Shown: positions 38,701 through 46,524 of the stretch, in pieces | How the letters are laid out: every line of letters begins with the position of its first letter | How positions within the stretch are numbered: the first letter of the stretch is position 1 | NCBI GenBank assembly: GCA_000934665.2 | Contig: JYFJ02003083.1 | Span: 1-46,524, forward strand | Source: Catajapyx aquilonaris | Taxonomy: Eukaryota | Length of the DNA: 46,524 bases | Reading direction: 5' to 3' | The notes under the pieces: generated by a model | Told to the model about the DNA's origin: nothing | The model's input: only the letters and a program-made list of their open reading frames with translations | Databases searched by the model: none | Translations under genes and position numbers: made by a program

Positions 38701-41700
38701 TGTAATAAATAATATAATATGACAGTACTGTAGTAACATACATATGTTTACATGTCATCAGTTGGTAACCATTCTGGGGTCTGGTTTCCTCCAAGCTTTG
38801 TAAATGCAACTTTGTGCAAATAATGTCACCATCAATTTTTGGCATTTTTTTTTTCCAGGAGGAAAGGAAGCGGACCCTGTCCAAAACCCCATCACTGAGC
38901 TCAAGTACAAGCATCGGAAGTGGAAGTAGTCTTGCAAGTGCCATAAGTTTGGAGATCCAGAAGAGGATGGAGGTAAATAATATTTCCTACGACAATGTTC
39001 ATAGCGACAGACCTCCACTAATAGTTACGTTGCTTAATACCACAGCGCAGTGACAAGGATACCAATCCTAAGGGGGAGGTTAAAGAGGAGGAGAGGAAGA
39101 ATGACATCTTGAAGTCTGTGGATCATGCAAAGAGACAAACACATGCTCTGGTAAGGATTTTACTGAAGTATACACTTGTTATGGAGTAGATATTTGAATT
39201 TAGTATCACTATGACTATAGCTATCCCTGACAGGTCCACTAGGAAAGTAAAAATTACAAATAAATAAATAAATCATATTCTCATGTCGAAAACCTACAGC
39301 ATTGTAAAAGTTTTGTTGCCATTGTGATATTATTTTTGATGAAAGGTTGATTTGCACGAATTCAAAGGGATGCCGGATATGCAGGAAATGCCTGAAAATC
39401 CTTTCACGAATAGTTCTCAGAAATGTACGTTTCAGCCTTAAATATATGGTATGGTTTTTTTTGTACGTCTGTTAATTCGTGCAAAAACTGGTTTTTATTT
39501 CCAGTTGATTGAAGAGTTTAAGCGTGCCCACCAGCGGATGTTTCCTGAGCAGCCTTCCGGTTCCAGCGGACCAGAACCTGTTTTTCAACTGCCACAACCA
39601 GAGCCAGTGCCAAAAATGGAAGAGGTAAGGGTCACTTTACTTGCATGCAAATTTTACACAATTTTTTTATTATTGTTGTCTCAGACACGAAAAGGTTGCA
39701 CCAAACCAGATGCACACTTGAGATATCAGATCTTAATCGGACATAGACCTGGATAGTGGTCTGCCTTGTGAAGGTCAGTTCACGCTCTAAGGACAAGCTC
39801 TTTACACAGCAGGGACTGGATTTTGCTTCGGGAAAGTGTCAGCGTGTTTGCTGGTTTTTTGAATCATGCGATTGTTGCACCTCACTGGTAACACCGGAAA
39901 TATTTGTTGACCTTGCGACAGGTGAATGTTGGTCCAGAGATTACGAATACAACCTTGATGGAAATCCATAGATAAACACAAAATTGCTGTGAAACAATAT
40001 CTTTGGATGAGAAGTTTATATAGCTTTGTAAAAATAAAATGAACCACACATTCCCAGATGATAAGTGCGAAATGGGAGCAACAACACATGTGATATCACC
40101 GAAAAACCACAGCCGAAAAGTAAACTGGAGATTATCACATACCCTTGAGCAATAATAATGAAACCCAGAACAGAATAAAGCAAGAGAAGTCTATTGCTGA
40201 AATACTGTTCAAATGACTTCACTTAAAGCCAAAGTTCACGCTTGTGTTGATTCACTTCTGGCTTTTTTTTTTCTCTCATGTGGTTGGTTTTTTTGTGCGC
40301 AGTCAGTCACTTGGGCGGCAAAGTGTGCTCATTGCGTTACCTTCTCATCAATCCGGAACTGGCATCCGCTTCTTATCATTCGTTCTCGCGTCAAAGTAAC
40401 TATCACAGATTCTATAGCACAGTTATCTCTACCGAGTACCGGCCCCCAAATAAATATGTGAAACTGTCACTTGGAGTCCACTGGAAAATTCCAGATATTC
40501 AGGTACATTATTTGGACACGTGCTACACATCGAATTAAGTGGACCGAGTAATTTCCATCGAAGCGTAATTCTTTGTTCCACATGATCCGCCATTAATAAC
40601 GTCGTAAACCTGCTTCACGTGCAATGCACCGTTACCATGTAAGTGAACTAGAAATAATTGTTTAAAAAAAACGAAAGCTATTTTTCTCCCCATGTTTGGA
40701 ATAATAAGAAATTGGCAAATATGCGATACAGGATCCAATTTCCGAATATTGAAGAAAATGGAGGAGCCAAAGGCTATAGAGCACAATTTGTTGTTACGGT
40801 TGATTTGGGGTTCGGATCTAGTTGCTCTGAAAGTTGGAAACCGGAATTTTCCCTTTTTCTTCCCAACCTTCAATTGACGATAAGGTATTGAGTATGTCAC
40901 CCCCCCCCCCTCCCCCTGCAATAAATCCAGCAGATATGGCTTTATTGTCCTTTATTTCCTGACCGCTCTAATTGAGGCAAACGAGCCTGTCGGTCACTTG
41001 GCAGTTTTTATATCCACTGAAGAGAATCGGGTTTGCCTGTTTCGAAGGCAATTCATTCGCCCATAAGGTGCCGCAGCTGCTATTTGAATGGCATTATTCC
41101 CAAAGGTGGAATTTGGCCTTGAATGAAACAAAAAAAAAAAAAATACGCGAAAGCTCCGTCATCGACGATAAGATAAGCAGACGTTTGGCGGCACAGTTTT
41201 ACAGCATTTGAGAAAGTGAACCTGGTGAGGATAGTCTTTTAGCTGATTCGGGGCTCCACTGTATAGTAAGAGGCCAGCAACTACCGGACTGTGACAGACA
41301 CCAACTTTCATCGTGCTGTAGTTCCATTTGGCGAATCGTGTGCGGCGCAAGTGTTTGAAGGCAGCAGCTGCGGAATGAGATCTGCCAAAAGTCCCATCTG
41401 CATTTTGCAAACATACGAAGTGAGTTCATAGCATGTGTGATATGTGTATAGCGGCCTGACGTGTTTGAAGAAAAAAAATATTTAAAAAAGTGTCTTCCAG
41501 TGAAAAAAAGTGACAATTAAACTGCGGTTAGCTCTTAACTGCCCGTTAAACAGGTTCAGAAGGCCACCCTTGAGCAGTTATGGACATTTTCGATATATAC
41601 GCAGTTATAGGTTAAGTGTCAGTTATGCGTGGCCACATGTGATGCGACGTTGGTTTTTGTGTGCATCTCAGGATTTTGTCTCACTTCGTCGATCAAGTAG

Positions 41701-43559
41701 ATCCGAACGTGCCCTTTAACTAGCTGTGGCAATGACGCGATTTACGCTTGAATAAGTGGCTTCTGGTATAAGAAAATGAAAGTGATCCACACACACCCCG
41801 TGCCATTCTGAGAAGTTTTGCAAATTATTTCAACAAATTTAAGTCACATGAGAACACTCGAATACCGCGTGAATAATTGCAATCAAAATTTTTTTTATCT
41901 CGATGCTAGAAAGGCACTCAATAACCTGAAGTTTGCATAGTGACAGGTTGTGATAAGACACGCCTTTCACCTCACACTGATAACTGAGAGGGATGCTCGT
42001 TATCTGCGAGTCAGTATGTGAAGAATTTCATTCTCTGAAGATCATATAAACACGTTTATGAGACCATAACAAATTTGCACCCCACGTTTTTTAAAACTGC
42101 CCGTCCTTCTCGGAACGACCCATTGTGTCGCTTATTGTCATTGTTGTTACACAGTGCTTTCATTCATTCTTTCCATTCATAATACCCTAATATTTTGTGT
42201 GTGTTATAGCCTTTCACTGTCCGAAAGAGGAGATTAGAGCTCGCCCTTTACGTCTCAGCGAGATTGCAATATTTTATTTTTGCATATCGTATTCAAAAAC
42301 ATATGTCCGCTTAGTCCCCGAGCACAACTTGGCAACACTTAGAACGAACCATTAAGTGTTCAGGTATTCCGCGTTTTTCGCAACTTTGTGAGATCGCAGA
42401 TAATGCGCGAGTTTATCACGCGGAAATGTTGCCAAGAACAGTTTGTTGTTTAGGTCACGTTCCGATCCACTGGTTTTGAGTTGATTTTTTTATTAAATTG
42501 TATGAAGGTGCGTGATGTGACCAGCCATTGTCATTCCTGTTTCCGTGTGTTTCTCCCCAGGAGCGTGAAAGGTGTCCGGCGAGTCCATCGCGGAAGCAGC
42601 CGCAGCCACAGGCGTCTGAAACGCAGCCGAGCAGAACCCAGCAGCAACCAGCAACAAACGGCCAGCAAGCCTCATCATCCACCGATCCGCAAAGCCAGGA
42701 ACTGAGGGGACGTTTACAGGTGAAACCGGGACTAAATGCCGCACCTCCCCCACCACCACCGCCACCACCGCCTGTGAGTTTTTGCAGCACCAGCACTCTG
42801 GAACGCACAGACCCGCATGAAACCGCCTTGGGACGCATGCCTATCTCGATCCCTCTAGGTTGTGTCTAACCATTATGTCCATTCTAGGCGTCCCAACCCA
42901 AAGTGAACGGTGTGCGTCCGACCAGTCCAAGTCCAGACTACACTCCAAGGCAATCGCCTGCGTCCAAGATGCGCGTGTACCTCAACCCACCGCCGGTACC
43001 ACCAAAGAAGAGCAACAAACCAGCAGATCCGCCGAAGAAGTCAGGATCAGTGGTCCTTTCCATCGGGGCATACCCAAACTCCAACTTCAGGCCTAGTCCC
43101 AACCGGTTCGAGTTCCTGCAGCAGCCATCCACATCACCCAAGCAGGTCAAGAAGTCAGATGTCAATGGGCTGAGCCGTGACCTCCAGTCAGAGTTGGCCC
43201 AGACTCTATCCAGGTCCAACCTCCGTCAGAAGGCAGTGTCGGTGGATAGCCTGATTAGGGCTGAGGAGGATGACACCAAGGCGACGCAAAATGGCGGCGA
43301 GGTGACACAAAATGGCGGAGGACAAGATGGAAATGGGGACGAGGCCTCGCAGCCTAGCGTGAGGTCACTCTCGGCCAAGTATTCGGCCCTGCTGAGCCAT
43401 GTTGGACGACCTCCGACCTCAGGTAGAGTGACCACGGTGGTCGTGCGCGATTCGTCTGTCCCAATAACCAGCCAACGAAATGGCGGTGGCATCCTCAAGA
43501 ATAGTAGTAACAGTGTGCATCATGCTAGGCTCAAGAATATTACGTTCGGGGAAATGTAA
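35778..43559 (+). CDS. USH1C: Harmonin/USH1C-like PDZ scaffold (PDZ1, PDZ2, coiled coil, Pro/Ser-rich tail), 12 coding exons, about 862 aa
   Basis: Exons 35778-35966, 36082-36190, 36841-36865, 36935-37129, 37254-37398, 37470-37675, 38135-38630, 38859-38972, 39046-39150, 39505-39624, 42561-42773, 42888-43559 splice in frame (2589 nt). PDZ1 (LGFAIRGGKEHGTGVFVS...VGDQVLRVNG...KVRTVGLIPVK...DPLTW) and PDZ2 (TRVFLNLAGQNSLGCCICKGPAEKPGIYV...GDQVVECNG) match harmonin PDZ1 and PDZ2. Confidence 0.88.
41160..41500 (-). mobile_element. Decayed RTE-clade LINE fragment in a harmonin intron
   Basis: HFFKYF...SAAAAFKHLRRTRFAKWNYSTMKVGVCHSPVVAGLLLYSG resembles the RTE post-RT motif FKYLGS...AS.AFGRLR.RV......TK..VY.A.V...LLYG. 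Confidence 0.5.
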
Positions 43560-45270
43560 GGAAAAAAATACAACCCTTTTTATGTATATTGCTCCTACAC
43601 AACACGCATACCACTTTGCATGGGCTTGAGGGACAAAAGCGTCCCGTTTTTGCACCAAAGACGGACGCTAAAACTGACGCATGCGGCGCATGTGTGCACC
43701 TGTGAACCAATCACGTGTACATACAATATTGGTTCACTCTTTCGATATACCTGCTTCTTACCAGGTAATACATCTCATCTCCACTACGGTTCGACCATTA
43801 GAAAGAGAATGGACCAGCAGTGGAGACGAGTAAGGTCCAAGTGACATCGCCTCTTTTACCTCCTAATTTGCTTAATTTTTTTTTTTTAAATTTCATTTGG
43901 ATCTTAGAAGAAATAATATATAGATCTCTGTCGCTATTCTACTGGCAGCAAACAAACGGGTACGAAATGAGCACATTCCCAGATGGTTCTAGTTTGTGCC
44001 CGTTTGTGAGCACCAAACGAGTGTTGAGAATGATGCGAGTTTCTTCGAGTTATTTATTTGGTTTAACTGGATTACATTCAGACCATGGTGATTCAGACAA
44101 TGAAGGAATAATTATTACAAGCTTCTTACGTATGTACCAGGTGTGCCATGCCAATGTTATAATTATGTCAAATAAGAATAAGCCCTCCATTTAAGAGAAA
44201 ATGTTGGATCAAAGGAACTCGTGTCATTTTGTAACATTATGCTAAGAAGGTGTTATTGGCTAACAATAGTTTTCTGCAATGGCGCGCACATACAGTCAGG
44301 GTGTTACGTACTTTAATCATGAACATATTATGATTCAAAATCTGAAAGTATTCAGCATTCCCTTTTTTAAACACGTAAACCTGACTTTCCTTGAGTGCCG
44401 ATTGTTGTTTGGCCGAAATATATCTGAAAACATTATTGTACAGTATATGATGAATTAAGTGAAAGGAATTTTTGCATTTTACAGCCTCATTATCTTTCAA
44501 TTATGTCCGTTTCAGTTAGAGATTTTTTTACCGCAGGCAGCTAATTATTAAGAAGTAGGCCTATGTAAATAATATTAATTTCTCTAATGCCATGTAACTC
44601 CCTGGATGTATAAAACCTGTACAGCCTGAATTTGACTAACCCAGCACCTGATCAACGCACAGACTGCAATGCTTTTTCTCATATGCTTAGGGTAATTTGT
44701 CAGCTTTAATGAGAACGCTCATTAACGCCTTGCTTTTTTGCCATTTTCAGCACCACCACGTTAATAAGAGAAGTGTCTTTCGTCAGGAGGTAGATTTTCC
44801 ACTCAACAGTCATCATCTCTGTGGGTTTGCTCACCAGAATAAAATGTCCAGTAGTAACGCATAATTACTGGACTATTGGGTGAGCGATCGCTGCACCAAT
44901 AGTATTTCGGATGACTTCATCAGGAGACATCCCAGTGTGTAATATTATTGCGTTTACTGTTTAGCATATAGCCAGAGCCTACTGCCTTTTAAAGACGGAG
45001 GTAGCCAATAAATCATGTTTGATTGTACGTCATCAGTCTCCTTCATATTGTCAGTAGCATGAAAAAATAGTGCCAGTTGTTTATTTCTGGTTTGAGAGGA
45101 GGCAGGCATCACATGAAGACCAACTTTTCTAGGTGTCCTTCCCGTGAGACGTCCATTCTACACCATCATTCCAATGCCACAGGTTTCCACAGGAGGTGGG
45201 AAGAGCTTGTCCGAATCGTAGTCCTGGATTGTCTCACCCACAGGGCACAGGGCCTTCCCGTAATATGTGT

Positions 45271-45813
45271 TCAGCAAGGTCGGGTTAGCGTTTTTATCCG
45301 CGAGGCTGGAGATAATAAGTCTTGAAGGAACAATCTGACTGCATCTGTGTACGCCTTTATCCTATTAGAAAAATAAAATTCAATCATTAATTATTTGCTA
45401 ACACTTAATTTTATTATGAATAATGAAGTGTGGAGAGTAGTTCTACTTAATATTTTTTGCTACTGGTTCATTAAATAGTACTTATGGCAAGTCAGTCAGT
45501 TGGACAAATGAGTGTCGGATGTCAGAAATCCGCATTGTATTTTGTGAGTACTCATTGATCCAATGAGCCTATTAGTACATTACTTGAATCAACTCACCTG
45601 TAGAAGTAGATGAAGACATTTAGAGAAAAGTATCCCTGCAGTAGAAATGTGTAATAAATGTAGGGAATAGACCACACATCCGCACCTCCAAATAATACTA
45701 TCCCCAAGTATGAGGTCAGTAGCAAGAAGTAAGTGAAGGTCAGAATGAGCATGTGCGTCGTCACTTGCCTCTCTCTTTTTCTCAGAGTCTCAAGAGTCAT
45801 ATCGGAAATCCCA
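45271..45813 (-). CDS. 3' end (TM6, TM7, helix 8) of a class A GPCR, possibly Moody/Tre1-group-like; exons 45813-45598 and 45361-45271; gene continues beyond the window
   Basis: RKRERQVTTHMLILTFTYFLLLTSY (TM6) and YFSLNVFIYFYR|IKAYTDAVRLFLQD (NxxIY variant of NPxxY, plus helix 8); TTACCAG acceptor, AG|GTGAGT donor, TTCTAATAG acceptor. Confidence 0.7.
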
Positions 45814-45879
45814 CTGGTAATATAAGAGGGATGGAAATTAATATTGGTAAACCCATAAAGTATTAGACACTTGATTTCA

Positions 45880-45910
45880 TAACCCGAGCAACGCCGGGTA
45901 TCCTGCTATC
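45880..45910 (+). mobile_element. Helitron-type 3' end remnant
   Basis: Hairpin ACCCGAGCAACGCCGGGT followed after a few nt by GCTA (degenerate CTAG). Confidence 0.4.
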
Positions 45911-46524
45911 TCTTGGTATGTTGTAATCAAAATTCTCTCTCATGGATATTAATCCAAACTGGTGATCAATACCTATCAACACAGTGACTTTATTTAGAAG
46001 TTACTGCATTATAAACAAAAAAAAATCCCGCAATTTGCTAGTGCTAGTTGCAATTCACTATTTTTGAAGCCATTGTATGTGCGCGAATGTCACACAGCGT
46101 AATAAATTTGCGATGTACACTGTCCGAAAAGTTAATTCAAAAAAGCAACAAGCTGTGCAAACACAACGAAATTTTGCTGCTGAAGGGGGTAGAGTAGATT
46201 GGTAAATCGATTTATTGGATGAAATAATCGTAATATTAATAGTCAGGCAGCAGGACGTCATTTTCTTGACGAATTGTGGGTTTCACCAAACATTTATGAA
46301 ACTTTCAGGGTTTGTACACAACAGCATGACGATCATATTTTGATATGGACGTCAGCTGGATTCGGACCCATTTGGCCGCCATTTTGAAAAATGGCGGCCA
46401 TATTGGAAAATCTATTTTGTATCATAACTCCTGAACCGCTGGTCCAAATACGATGGGATTGCGCTTGAAATGATCATAAACGTTGTCCGAATCTTTTATG
46501 TCAAATAAGTTATGCTGTTCTACC

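Noticed and set aside
41010..41075. Hammerhead-like core CTGAAGA-stem-GAAG
   Set aside because: GAAA and UH are altered and stem I does not pair; at most a dead remnant.
44885..44935. Minus-strand CTGATGA...CGAAA hammerhead-like motif
   Set aside because: No credible stem II and no UH cleavage triplet.

Overview
This is animal genomic DNA with GT-AG introns. It is probably an arthropod, inferred from the Skp1 sequence and the insect-type harmonin architecture. The window holds four protein-coding genes. (1) A 21-exon plus-strand gene (1010-19217, about 1317 aa as hand-spliced) combines a KASH5-type EF-hand, a long coiled coil ending in a Spindly-like motif, an IRAG/LRMP (MRVI1-family) domain, a C-terminal transmembrane helix and a short KASH-like tail ending PPAV. 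It resembles a full-length futile cycle/LRMP/KASH5 nuclear-envelope dynein adaptor, has a perfect IR-1 (EcRE-type) palindrome in its promoter, and has candidate alternative exons. (2) Skp1 (24678-27837, 162 aa). (3) A 12-exon harmonin/USH1C-like two-PDZ gene (35778-43559, about 862 aa). (4) The last two exons of a minus-strand class A GPCR, with the rest lying beyond the window. Introns and intergenic DNA carry many MITEs (several nested), a tRNA-derived SINE family, a decayed DD37D/maT transposase and LINE/Helitron remnants. All homology calls are by eye from recalled family motifs; no searches were run.
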